Virus record (IMG/VR): IMGVR_UViG_3300026549_002537
From: an uncultured virus (IMG/VR IMGVR_UViG_3300026549_002537)
Lineage: Duplodnaviria > Heunggongvirae > Uroviricota > Caudoviricetes
DNA: 64,000 nucleotides
Direction: 5' to 3' (one strand)
Shown here piece by piece: positions 46,612-55,645 of this stretch; the stretch's first letter is position 1, and each line of letters starts with the position of its first letter. The translations under genes and the position numbers were made by a program. Under the pieces are notes generated by a model that was not told the origin of the DNA, did not search any database, and saw only the letters and a program-made list of their open reading frames with translations.

Positions 46612-47038
46612 TCTGTGTCAGGAAAAATGCACGCATCTCCTCATTGGTAATGACCTCTCCAAGCTCGTGGTCTTTCCACGGGCCTTCCTCATGAGTGAGG
46701 TTCATCAGTCCAACGGCAGAGTATTGGCTGTACTCGGAATACACATTCTCGAACACAGTTGCCTCTTCCGGGGTAAGCTCCAGGGTGTCGGTGAACTTCT
46801 CGGGGTTAATGGAAAGGCTCTTGAACTTCTTGAACTCGTTGTACACGGCTGGTACAACAGGCCCGTAGGCCCATGCCTGTATTTCCTCATTGAACAGCGG
46901 CTCATTGAAGAATGCCAGATGGAAGCCCTGCATGTAATAAAGCAGCTTCTGGAGCTTCAGGTTGGATATGGAATCACCGTGCTCAGTGTCGGTGCGCACG
47001 ATAATCTTCTTTGCGATGTCGATGGCGTTGTAAGTCAT
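46583..47038 (-). CDS. Panacea (DUF4065/SocA/GepA-like) antitoxin
   Basis: SNLKLQKLLYY, IQAWAYGPVVPAVY, LTHEEGPW; start taken at MTYNAIDIA. Confidence 0.9.
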   Translation of the reverse strand: MTYNAIDIAKKIIVRTDTEHGDSISNLKLQKLLYYMQGFHLAFFNEPLFNEEIQAWAYGPVVPAVYNEFKKFKSLSINPEKFTDTLELTPEEATVFENVYSEYSQYSAVGLMNLTHEEGPWKDHELGEVITNEEMRAFFLTQIEHDAQAQA

Positions 47039-47240
47039 AATCTTGTTGTTTATATCAATATTGCGCTGCAAATTTACTGTTTTTATTTCATAAAACAAAG
47101 AAAAACGCAACTTTTTAACGTGCGAGGCGCAAAAATTATATGCAAAAGGCGTGCCAGTCATATCGCTTTCTGACAATAACCATACTGGAAAACGACGATT
47201 ATCATACTGATTATAACCGATAACCATATCAGAAAAAATG

Positions 47241-47462
47241 TTAATCGGTGGGGGCGCCCAGACAGTCCACGATAAGGCGCACTTGTCGGGGCGTGAAACT
47301 GCGGGAGTGGGAGGTGTAGCCGATGGAGCGCAAGCCGTCCATCAGTCCGGGGTATAGGGCGAGCCACCGCTTGAATTTCTTCCAAGCGGACTCCGGGGCA
47401 ATGTCGGGACAATATTCCTGGGCAAGCTCCGTTCTGCCGTATTCCCTAATCTTGAATTCCAT
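47241..47462 (-). CDS. DUF4248 protein
   Basis: YGRTELAQEYCP...GY....RSFTPRQVRLIVDCLGAP. Confidence 0.85.
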   Translation of the reverse strand: MEFKIREYGRTELAQEYCPDIAPESAWKKFKRWLALYPGLMDGLRSIGYTSHSRSFTPRQVRLIVDCLGAPTD

Positions 47463-47634
47463 TTAGAGTGCCTAACAAGCGGCAAAGGTACGCATTTTCC
47501 GCGTGACGAAAGAAGGTTTTACCGCACAAAACAGGACATAACAGGACGGAGGGTGACAGAACCATTTTCGTGAGCCCGCGAAAATGTACCTTTGCGGCGG
47601 CAATAGTGCCACAGAACCAATGAAAAAATGCGTT

Positions 47635-48519
47635 ATGATCAAGTACAAGAAGTACAAAAACACAAATGAAAAGTCGACCTGCTTCGGCAAGTGGTATGGC
47701 CGCGCCGTGCATGAGCTGATGGAGTTCGACGAGTTCGTGGAGCACATGGCAAAGCACCACTGCGTGTACAGCGAGGGGACAATCCGCGGCGTGCTCATCG
47801 AGATGGAGATCTGTCTGCGTGAGATGCTGCTGGAGGGCAAGGCCGTCCGCTTCGATGACCTGGGCATCTTCCGTCTCGGGCTGGAGACTGTAGGCGAGGA
47901 AGACCCGTCCAAGTTCACTGCCGCCGGCATCAAGGGCATCCGCATGAACCTCTACCTCGGCAAGCGTTTCCGCGCTGCACAGCTGTTCAAGGATGCCAAG
48001 TTCAAGGAACTGGAGAAGTATGTCGGCGACGGCATCGACTTCGACCCAGAACCAGACGGCGAGAACGCTGCTACCGATGGCCAGGAGAGTACTCAGGGCG
48101 GCACTCAGGAACAGGGCGGCTCGCAGAACGGCTCCACTGGTGCTGGCAGTTCCAGCGGAACAGGTAGCAACACTGGCGGCTCGACGGGTGGCAACACCAG
48201 CGGCAACAGTGGCTCGCAGAGCGGCACAGAGGGTGACTACAGGATGGTCATCTACAAGTACGGCAGCGGCACATCGACCGTGACCGATGACAACGGACAG
48301 GTCATCAACAACAATGACAATGTCCACTCTGGCTCGAATGTGAACATCAGCGTCGTGCCTGTGGACGGCAAAGAGCCTATTGCCAAGGTCAACGGCAACC
48401 GCATCATGCTGACTGAGAGCAACGGAACCTACACGGGCTCGTTCCAGATGCCTACCAAGGGCACTGTGCTGGAAGTCAACACCGAACCCAACGAGTGGGA
48501 CTACGCTGACGAGAACTAA
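47635..48519 (+). CDS. HU-like DNA-binding protein with Gly/Ser/Thr linker and C-terminal beta-rich domain
   Basis: GKWYGRA...LLEGKAVRFDDLGIF (Bacteroidetes HU-like); low-complexity linker; start taken at MIKYKKY. Confidence 0.8.
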   Translation: MIKYKKYKNTNEKSTCFGKWYGRAVHELMEFDEFVEHMAKHHCVYSEGTIRGVLIEMEICLREMLLEGKAVRFDDLGIFRLGLETVGEEDPSKFTAAGIKGIRMNLYLGKRFRAAQLFKDAKFKELEKYVGDGIDFDPEPDGENAATDGQESTQGGTQEQGGSQNGSTGAGSSSGTGSNTGGSTGGNTSGNSGSQSGTEGDYRMVIYKYGSGTSTVTDDNGQVINNNDNVHSGSNVNISVVPVDGKEPIAKVNGNRIMLTESNGTYTGSFQMPTKGTVLEVNTEPNEWDYADEN

Positions 48520-48784
48520 TCGGTAGCAAAGACCCAAAAGCCACGTTTTTTCGGTTTTTGCTTGGCTGTACGGGGATAATTGACTAACTTTGCACCGTTG
48601 TTCGACGACCGCGACGCTTCCAAGGAGCCGACCAGTTCGTATTCGTAAGGGCCACCGAGAATGCTGAATCTCTTCGTCATCAGCCGCTTCTCGGAGGCCC
48701 TCTTTTTTATACTGTTTCATTCGTCTGCGATTTTTTGATTTTGCACAGTGCTTTATAAGCACTCTTTATGAGCAAAAAAAATAA

Positions 48785-49219
48785 TCACTCCTTCAAATAA
48801 CAGCGCACTTCCTTAACAAATTCGTCTATACTTCTGACCACTACGTACTTGTTTCCGTGAGCCTCTGCGTCTGCCTGCCACAGCTTCTGACTGGCTGACT
48901 GCTTGCCGTCCTTTGTCTTGAACTCTATGCACAGACAACCGTAGCCTTTTCTGGGTATGAGGATAATCATGTCTGCCACTCCTGCGGTGACTCCCTCTCC
49001 CTTCATGATGGCCGCTTCGCGTGCGTTCCTGGCACCACCATTGGGTACAGCGAAGCACAGACGGCTCAGCTTAGGATATTGAAGGTCAAACCATGTTTTG
49101 CATGACCGCTGAAGCTCGCTCTCGATGTGTGCGGGTTTCTCGATGGTGCCTTTGTTGCCTCTGGCCAGCATCATCATGAACTTCTCTTCCGGGCTTTTTC
49201 TCCCTGTTCTCTGTGCCAT
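48785..49219 (-). CDS. VRR-NUC domain nuclease
   Basis: ESELQ..C..WF, FAVPNGG.R, GVADM, IEFKT..GKQS..QK. Confidence 0.9.
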   Translation of the reverse strand: MAQRTGRKSPEEKFMMMLARGNKGTIEKPAHIESELQRSCKTWFDLQYPKLSRLCFAVPNGGARNAREAAIMKGEGVTAGVADMIILIPRKGYGCLCIEFKTKDGKQSASQKLWQADAEAHGNKYVVVRSIDEFVKEVRCYLKE

Positions 49220-49223
49220 GGTG

Positions 49224-49601
49224 TCAGAAGGTGATAGCGTCGCCGCCGTTTGACTGATTGCTGTTGGAAGGCTTGGGGTCGAGAAGCTCCAGCACATCGA
49301 CGTGAATCTCCGTCACGTAGCACTTGCGCCCCTGGTTGTCATCATACGAACGGGTCTTTATCTTCCCCTCAATGTAGAGCTTGGAGCCCTTGTGTACATA
49401 CTTGGCCACCACATCGGCGGTCTTTCCCCATGCAATGCAGTTGTGCCACTCTGTGCGGTCTGGTACCTGAGTACCGTTCTGCAAGGTATAGCCTCTCTCC
49501 GTAGTGGCGAGGGAGAACTGAGCCACATTTCCGTTTGAATAGGTCTGGGTCTTCGGATCATTGCCGACGTTTCCGACCAAGATTGCTTTGTTTATCGACA
49601 T
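49224..49601 (-). CDS. ssb: Single-stranded DNA-binding protein
   Basis: SINKAILVGNVGNDP...TEWHNC...KGSKLYIEGKIKTRSY. Confidence 0.95.
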   Translation of the reverse strand: MSINKAILVGNVGNDPKTQTYSNGNVAQFSLATTERGYTLQNGTQVPDRTEWHNCIAWGKTADVVAKYVHKGSKLYIEGKIKTRSYDDNQGRKCYVTEIHVDVLELLDPKPSNSNQSNGGDAITF

Positions 49602-49645
49602 ATAGATTGTACTATTTAAGATTATACTACTATACACCACCCATA

Positions 49646-50143
49646 CTATGGGTTAGTACTATGTTCACTATTGTAGCGAAAGTCTGTAAAGTGGATGATG
49701 ATGCCGCTGTAAATGTCACGGCTCATGCCCTGACCGAAGAACCAGTCCTTGAACTCTTCGAGCGTCATGCCGTCATTCTTGGCCAGTGTCGCTATGTCGG
49801 TGAATCTCTTGCCGTCGATGACACATTTCAGCTCGTCGGTGTCACGGTCGTACTTCATCGTGAAACGCTGGTACCCTGCCTTGCGGTACTCCTTGATGAC
49901 CTTCTGCTTCACGCCTTTTCCGTAGGGTCTGCCGTCCCACTCGCGGACTGACATCACATAGCCTTTGTCATTCACCTTGTCAATGTTGCTGGCCCATCCG
50001 TCGTAGCGGCCTCTGCAGGTGTGGATTTTCCTGCCGTCCAGCAGCTTCTCTTTGAAATGGGTTGGCTTTCCCGCATGGATGGCGGTTTTCGGGTAGTGGT
50101 GCGACAGCATCAGTACCACGGTCTTACTCCTTGTTGTTTCCAT
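49646..50143 (-). CDS. Hypothetical protein (ASCH/PUA-like)
   Basis: KIHTCR, LAKNDGMTLEEFKDWF, IIHFTDFRY. Confidence 0.6.
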   Translation of the reverse strand: METTRSKTVVLMLSHHYPKTAIHAGKPTHFKEKLLDGRKIHTCRGRYDGWASNIDKVNDKGYVMSVREWDGRPYGKGVKQKVIKEYRKAGYQRFTMKYDRDTDELKCVIDGKRFTDIATLAKNDGMTLEEFKDWFFGQGMSRDIYSGIIIHFTDFRYNSEHSTNP

Positions 50144-50159
50144 ACTCTAATGTTGTTTA

Positions 50160-50660
50160 CTAAAATAATGATAATTGAATTGTCTCTGTATGCTTCTTGG
50201 CTGGTGCCTTGGTGCATGGTTTTGTTCCGACTTCTGGAACTGGCTTCCTTGCCGGGGCCTCTATGTGGCCTTGTGGTGTGTGCTCCATCTTCCAGAGGGA
50301 ATAGAACTCGTCGAGGGAGTCCGTTCTGAGGTGGTTTCGCTCGTTGTCCCAATGGGCTTTCCTGAATGCTTCGGACATGCTCGTTTCGGAAACTTTTGGA
50401 ACGTTTTCGGAATATTTCGGTACGCTTTCTTCAATTTCTGGTACGCTTTTGGCAATTTTCGGAACACTTTCGGAATTTTCCGCATCCTCTGCTTTGTCGT
50501 ACACATGACCAGGAGTGAAGAGGGCTATCGGGTGCTGACTCTGCAGCGGAATCCTCACCGCCGTCATTCCCATCATGTCATTCTCCCTTACGACGTTGCC
50601 TTGGAGCACCTTGCCGTACCAGCGGACAAATACGGGGGTTCCTATAGTTTCATGTCTCAT
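50160..50660 (-). CDS. Hypothetical protein with 7-aa repeats and C-terminal QLSLF
   Basis: SVPK/SVPE repeats; ends TIQLSLF. Confidence 0.6.
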   Translation of the reverse strand: MRHETIGTPVFVRWYGKVLQGNVVRENDMMGMTAVRIPLQSQHPIALFTPGHVYDKAEDAENSESVPKIAKSVPEIEESVPKYSENVPKVSETSMSEAFRKAHWDNERNHLRTDSLDEFYSLWKMEHTPQGHIEAPARKPVPEVGTKPCTKAPAKKHTETIQLSLF

Positions 50661-51157
50661 TATGATTTTGGGTTTAACAATACATATTTGCCTTCTATTT
50701 TACTTCTTTTCAGACGCTTGTCGCATTCATTCCCAAAAGCAACCAGGCATGACCCGAAAAATGAGTGTCCTGTTGTGCCGTCTGGTCTTGTGAATTTAAT
50801 ACGGTGCCTCATGAATATCATAGATGTTGCCGAAGGAAAGATTACCTCTTGCCATAGCAAGTTGTCTTGTCTGTTAACGAGAAGAGCAATGCCGTTTCCA
50901 TGATCAGCAAGTTTCTCACAGAAAGCCCGAAGCGGTTTACTGCTGTAAGGTGGATTCATCCATACTACAGAATCCCTGGGCCAATCGTGGGCAAGTCCGT
51001 TTTGTTCCTTGTTGTAGCTCAAAGGTGCTATCTCAAACGGTGGCTGCATCGGAGCACAAGGGTCAAGGTCAAACGGCCCAAGCTCGTCGATAATCCATTT
51101 GGGGGTGTACCATTCATCAGACGAAGCCACAGATTTTTTACGTTGCCTTTTATCCAT
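50660..51157 (-). CDS. Phage DNA N6-adenine methyltransferase
   Basis: DEWYTP, FDLDPCA, WMNPPYS. Confidence 0.9.
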   Translation of the reverse strand: MDKRQRKKSVASSDEWYTPKWIIDELGPFDLDPCAPMQPPFEIAPLSYNKEQNGLAHDWPRDSVVWMNPPYSSKPLRAFCEKLADHGNGIALLVNRQDNLLWQEVIFPSATSMIFMRHRIKFTRPDGTTGHSFFGSCLVAFGNECDKRLKRSKIEGKYVLLNPKS

Positions 51158-51160
51158 ACA

Positions 51161-51904
51161 TCAATAGACACATTTTGGCATTTGTTTCCATTCCTTGCCG
51201 TCGAGCAGACGGCCATTGTCTTTCTTGTTGCGCTTTATGCCGTCCTCGCCGTATGCTCCCCATTGCTTGAAGAAGAAAGGAACATTTGCTTTGATGCAAC
51301 GGTCTCTGAGGTCGCGGAAACAATTTGCTGGTGTGTACCTTGCGCACGATCCGCTCTCGCCTCCAGTGATAACCCAATCAATGCCGTCAAGGTTGATGTT
51401 ATCCAGATAGCCCATCAGAGGCTCACAACTGAGGAAGCGGACGGGTGCTTTGTCAATCCATCTGAGCCAGTCGATGCGGTCATAGTGATTGAAGCTCTCA
51501 CAGGTGACACCCAGCCATGCATTCTTAGGAACACCTTCACTCGCACCACCCATGAAGTATTTCGCCATCCTCTCAGCCCTCTTTGTGAGTATCTGGAAGG
51601 TGTGCTGTGGGTTCTCGCGTATCACCTGCATTACCTGGTCTATGTAGTCACAGGGTACGTCACGGTGGAACAGGTCGCCCATGGAGCAGACGAACACCAT
51701 GCTTGGCTTCTTCCACTTGTAGGGGTCTTTCAGCACGTCGGGGTTCAATGTTGGCTTGAAGCCGTTCTCATAGCTCTTGATGTGGTTGCCCTGCAATCTG
51801 CGGGCCATCACTTCTGCATAGCAATGTTCACATGCCGAGCTTACCTTGGTGCAACCGTGCATTGGTTGCCAGACTCTATCAGTCCATTCTATCTTTGTTG
51901 CCAT
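51161..51904 (-). CDS. Phage Gp37/Gp68 (DUF5131) protein
   Basis: TKIEWTD..W.P..GCTKVS..C..CYA, FVCSMGDLFH, WVITGGESG, PFFFKQWG. Confidence 0.92.
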   Translation of the reverse strand: MATKIEWTDRVWQPMHGCTKVSSACEHCYAEVMARRLQGNHIKSYENGFKPTLNPDVLKDPYKWKKPSMVFVCSMGDLFHRDVPCDYIDQVMQVIRENPQHTFQILTKRAERMAKYFMGGASEGVPKNAWLGVTCESFNHYDRIDWLRWIDKAPVRFLSCEPLMGYLDNINLDGIDWVITGGESGSCARYTPANCFRDLRDRCIKANVPFFFKQWGAYGEDGIKRNKKDNGRLLDGKEWKQMPKCVY

Positions 51905-51963
51905 ACTGCAATGATATTAAATACTACTATACACACTACTCAATACATTGTACTATCCAGAGG

Positions 51964-52989
51964 TTACTTGCGAGGCTTCTTGATCAGGAACGTCACATAG
52001 TCTCTGGTGCGTGAGAGGTTGTCGGATATATCGACAAGGACGCGCTCAGTCGTCTTGTCATATCCGAGGGCTTTAATCAGGAACTCAACCAGGTCTTTAT
52101 TGCTGACGGTCACGTTCCTTTTGTTCTTGATGCAACACGCGGCCCCGTTGGTGGTGTTGAAAACGAAATGCAGTGCTCCCGTGATATTGTCCTGTCTCAG
52201 TCGCAGGCGCATGAGGTTCGCGTCGATGATAACCTTGCTGTCCTCGATGTTCATTACCACGGTGTAATTGCCTTTCTTGTTATTGATGGCGAACTTGTTG
52301 GGGCCGATGCTGTTTACCAAGCTGCTCTTCTTATCAAAGTCGAAAAATGTGAAGTCTTCCATTTTCTTCGGTGTTGTTGGTGTAGTAATAGGTTCTGGGA
52401 TCTCCTTGTCAGAAACTTGTGCCGCATAGTTCAGGGCGTGCTCAATCTCCTTTTCCCTCTGCCTGTCAATGGTTTCAGTAGCACCAGTAAGCCTTTGTAG
52501 TTTGGCCTGCTTCTCGCCAATCTCCTTTTCAAGCTGGCGGGCCTGTTTCTCCAGCTGCTCCTGCTCCTTTGCGGCTTTCTCTTTCTCCTTTTTCACTCGG
52601 TCAAACTCCCCGGACTCGCATTCCTGGCAGTGCTTGTGGAGCTGGCCTTTGCTATTGTAGAGGAATGAGGACTTCGGCATCATGCGCTTGCAATGAGGGC
52701 AGTAAACCTGCTGCTCTGGCACGTCCATCTTGCCTGTATCGCGGAATTCCTGCAACTTGCGCTGCCATTTCTCATCGAGCTTCTTCCAGTACTGGAAATT
52801 GAAGATGGTGTTGCGGGCCTCTCCCATGTCGAAAGCATCCAAGATGGCATCTTCTGGGGCTACCTGTTCCAGATAGACATCGATGCTGATGCGCTTGAAG
52901 CGGTGGTTGGCATAGAAATACTCGAAGTTGTTGAGCGTCCCCTTGTCTGTGAGGAACTTGCGGAATAGTGTTATCTCATCATACGTCAT
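51964..52989 (-). CDS. Hypothetical protein with Zn ribbon and coiled coil
   Basis: CPHC...CQEC. Confidence 0.6.
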   Translation of the reverse strand: MTYDEITLFRKFLTDKGTLNNFEYFYANHRFKRISIDVYLEQVAPEDAILDAFDMGEARNTIFNFQYWKKLDEKWQRKLQEFRDTGKMDVPEQQVYCPHCKRMMPKSSFLYNSKGQLHKHCQECESGEFDRVKKEKEKAAKEQEQLEKQARQLEKEIGEKQAKLQRLTGATETIDRQREKEIEHALNYAAQVSDKEIPEPITTPTTPKKMEDFTFFDFDKKSSLVNSIGPNKFAINNKKGNYTVVMNIEDSKVIIDANLMRLRLRQDNITGALHFVFNTTNGAACCIKNKRNVTVSNKDLVEFLIKALGYDKTTERVLVDISDNLSRTRDYVTFLIKKPRK

Positions 52990-53007
52990 ACGATACTCCT
53001 TTCTGCA

Positions 53008-53781
53008 TTACTGCTCAATAAGTGGAATGATGTTGGCTTTCTTCAACTCGTCATAGAGGAACAGACGGCCTTTCTGCGTCCACTCTGAGTTGTACTTGAT
53101 TTCCTTCCGGCCATCCCTTCGGGTGATCTCGACGGGCTTAGAGTGCATGTAGCCCTGCGAAAGGTAGGGAGCATAGAGAATCCATTGGTCACCGACCTTG
53201 TGCTGGATGCGCATCATGTAGAGCTTCTGATTGAACGCCTTGGCAGACATACCGTAGTCGAGGGCAATCTGTGTGGTTAGCACGGTGGACTTGTTGTTGA
53301 GGATGGTGTCATAGTAGCTTACCTTTGGCTGCATCTGCTCTATCTCCTGAGAGAGTGCGAACACCTGCTGCTCGGCAGCGTCAGCACGCTTCGACTCAAT
53401 CAGCTTTGCCTCATACTCTGAGGCCCATGCCCTTGCAGCTTCAGCGGGGTTGGAGAAGTTCGGTAGTGCCGTCATGCTGCTGCGCTCCTTGACTTCGAGC
53501 TGCTTCCATCTGAGGACGAGCTTTGCACGGGCTTCATCCTTGAACTTGGTGGCCACGTACAGGCACTCTTCCTTGTCGAGGTAGTAACAGGGCCTCTGCT
53601 GGTTGTTGGCATCCTGATACGTGCCGAGCGTAAATTTCCGCCCGGCGGTTTTCTCCCATGCAGCCTCCATCTTACGGATGGCCTCCAGCACGTCCGAATG
53701 TCTCTTTCCTGTGAGTTCCGCGATTTCGATGGAACTCATCGTCTTTGGGCTTTCGCCTAACTTGATTACTTCATTACTCAT
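53008..53781 (-). CDS. Rha family + ANT/KilAC antirepressor
   Basis: MSSIEIAELTGKRH (Rha); PKVSYYD, TTQIA, WTQKGRLFLY (ANT). Confidence 0.9.
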   Translation of the reverse strand: MSNEVIKLGESPKTMSSIEIAELTGKRHSDVLEAIRKMEAAWEKTAGRKFTLGTYQDANNQQRPCYYLDKEECLYVATKFKDEARAKLVLRWKQLEVKERSSMTALPNFSNPAEAARAWASEYEAKLIESKRADAAEQQVFALSQEIEQMQPKVSYYDTILNNKSTVLTTQIALDYGMSAKAFNQKLYMMRIQHKVGDQWILYAPYLSQGYMHSKPVEITRRDGRKEIKYNSEWTQKGRLFLYDELKKANIIPLIEQ

Positions 53782-53792
53782 GGCTGTTTATT

Positions 53793-54608
53793 TTATAAGT
53801 CAAACAATGTTCTTTCTCTGACAGGCTCAAAGTTACAGACAAGCACTTCAACCTTGTGCCGGGCATTGGTAAAGTTCGCAACCTTCAAAGGCAACTCAAT
53901 CTCTGTGTGTAGCCATCCGTTCCTAATGATGAAAGCAGACAGCATGTCGCACATATAGTTGGAAAGGATGAATTTTCCCTTGATGGTCTGTAAGAGAGTG
54001 AGTAACTCCTCCAGATTCTCGAAGGAGTACCCGCTGTAGTGTTTCATGTCTGCCATCGGATAAGGCGGATCGAGATAAAACACGGTATCTGGAGTGTCGC
54101 GCTGTCTGATGACATCGAGCGCATCACGACAGCTAATCTGTACGTCCGAAAGGCGGTTATGGAGCCATTCGGAAAACTCATGCCTACGACGGCGCATATA
54201 TACTCCCGTATGGCTTCCGGCATTGCCGTTGTCCCATTTCCAGCCACCACGCGGACTGCCAGAGAAGGAAAAGTTTGTCACCATCCAGACAGCCCATGCA
54301 GTTTCAACGTCTGATGCAGGAACGCGGCGGTTGTATATCTCCCTGGCCCTGTTATACTCTGATTCTGCATCGAGCGTGGTCTGTACCATCTGCTGAAGCT
54401 CGTCGAAGTTGGTCATCACTTGCTTGTAGAATGTGACCAGTCGCTCGTTAGTGTCATTGATGGCTTCGAGATAGCTCTTAGGCTTGGCAAAGAACACGGC
54501 ACCGCCACCGAAGAACGGCTCACAATATATCTTGTGGGCTGGAAGCATCGACACGATTGTCTGTGCCAATGTCTGCTTACCACCGTAGTATGTGATTGGT
54601 GTTCTCAT
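53793..54608 (-). CDS. DNA adenine methyltransferase (D12/Dam class)
   Basis: PITYYGGK, EPFFGGGAVF, FYLDPPY. Confidence 0.92.
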   Translation of the reverse strand: MRTPITYYGGKQTLAQTIVSMLPAHKIYCEPFFGGGAVFFAKPKSYLEAINDTNERLVTFYKQVMTNFDELQQMVQTTLDAESEYNRAREIYNRRVPASDVETAWAVWMVTNFSFSGSPRGGWKWDNGNAGSHTGVYMRRRRHEFSEWLHNRLSDVQISCRDALDVIRQRDTPDTVFYLDPPYPMADMKHYSGYSFENLEELLTLLQTIKGKFILSNYMCDMLSAFIIRNGWLHTEIELPLKVANFTNARHKVEVLVCNFEPVRERTLFDL

Positions 54609-54609
54609 A

Positions 54610-54825
54610 TTACTCTTTTATTACAATTACTAAATCACCTCCAATCTGGAAGCCTTTCTCGAATAGTTCCTTGCACCGCTTCGGGATATTGGCCCACCTG
54701 CTCTTGTGCTTGGAGAAGCATGTGCAGAATCCCATCGTGTCCTCACGCCCGGCAAGGAAGAAGGGGCAGGTTCCGCACATCGTCGGCATTTCATAGAAGG
54801 TCTGTCCATTAATAGTCATCTCCAA
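54610..54825 (-). CDS. Small Cys-containing hypothetical protein
   Basis: CGTCPF; ORF within the operon. Confidence 0.55.
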   Translation of the reverse strand: MEMTINGQTFYEMPTMCGTCPFFLAGREDTMGFCTCFSKHKSRWANIPKRCKELFEKGFQIGGDLVIVIKE

Positions 54826-55645
54826 ACAGGCTTAGTTGAATGGGAGCAGACTTTGGCTTTGCCGATGGCTCTGCCTTGACTGGCTCCACGATTACTGCTT
54901 CTTTGATTCTGGGGCTTTCCTTGGCCTGTTCCCTTGCTTTCCATAGACGACACCCGATGAACACGTTCGGGTCTGTAAAGCGACGTATGGTAGGCAAAGC
55001 AGGGAAAGGATAAAGCCCCTCATTCACGATGTAGCCGAAACGGGCCTCTCCTGGTTCGCAAAGGGTGTCATGACAGATGACCTCGCCGTAGCAGCCGTGA
55101 ATCATCATATTGATTGCCGTCTGCTTGCAGCACATAGCATCGATATCCTCACCTATGAGATAGGGCTTTTCGGCACCGATGCGCTCCAGCTTGCTTGCAG
55201 CGGCCAGAAGGAGGCGACCACTGCCACAGGCGCAGTCGCTGACGGTGATACGTCGGCCAAAGCCGTTGCAGTTCACTTGCGGAACATCTGGCTTGGTGTC
55301 GCCAAAGGTGCAATCGGCCATCATGTCGCAGATGCAGGCTGGAGTAAAGCACTGGCCGAGGGCGTTCTTGCTCCCGGCCCATTCCATAAAGAGGTCGCCA
55401 AAGGCATCATGCCATCCGTCATGAACGAGGGCATCCTGCATGATGTTGAAGTACACGGACATCATCGAGTAGAAACACTGGTTCTGCTCCTTGTTGTACC
55501 GCCATCCATCGACGGGCTTTCCCTCTGGATCCATGCAGCCGATGATGTAGTCGAGCAGTGCGGACAGAGTTTCAGCCATGCCAATGCCATATCGGTAGCC
55601 GAATTTCTCCATTTCCTGTGAGAGTGGTTTTATTGAGTACTTCAT
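54809..55645 (-). CDS. N-6 DNA methylase (HsdM-like) SAM-binding protein lacking an obvious catalytic NPPY/F
   Basis: GQCFTP, DCACGSGRLL, GEDID; no NPP motif; ends QLSLFGDDY. Confidence 0.75.
   Translation of the reverse strand: MKYSIKPLSQEMEKFGYRYGIGMAETLSALLDYIIGCMDPEGKPVDGWRYNKEQNQCFYSMMSVYFNIMQDALVHDGWHDAFGDLFMEWAGSKNALGQCFTPACICDMMADCTFGDTKPDVPQVNCNGFGRRITVSDCACGSGRLLLAAASKLERIGAEKPYLIGEDIDAMCCKQTAINMMIHGCYGEVICHDTLCEPGEARFGYIVNEGLYPFPALPTIRRFTDPNVFIGCRLWKAREQAKESPRIKEAVIVEPVKAEPSAKPKSAPIQLSLFGDDY

Noticed and set aside
47446..48762. 438-aa minus-strand ORF
   Set aside because: Antisense shadow of the HU-like gene, with no recognisable motifs
50370..50480. 21-bp tandem repeats as a regulatory array
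   Set aside because: Explained as in-frame 7-aa coding repeats (SVPK-type) within ORF 50160-50660
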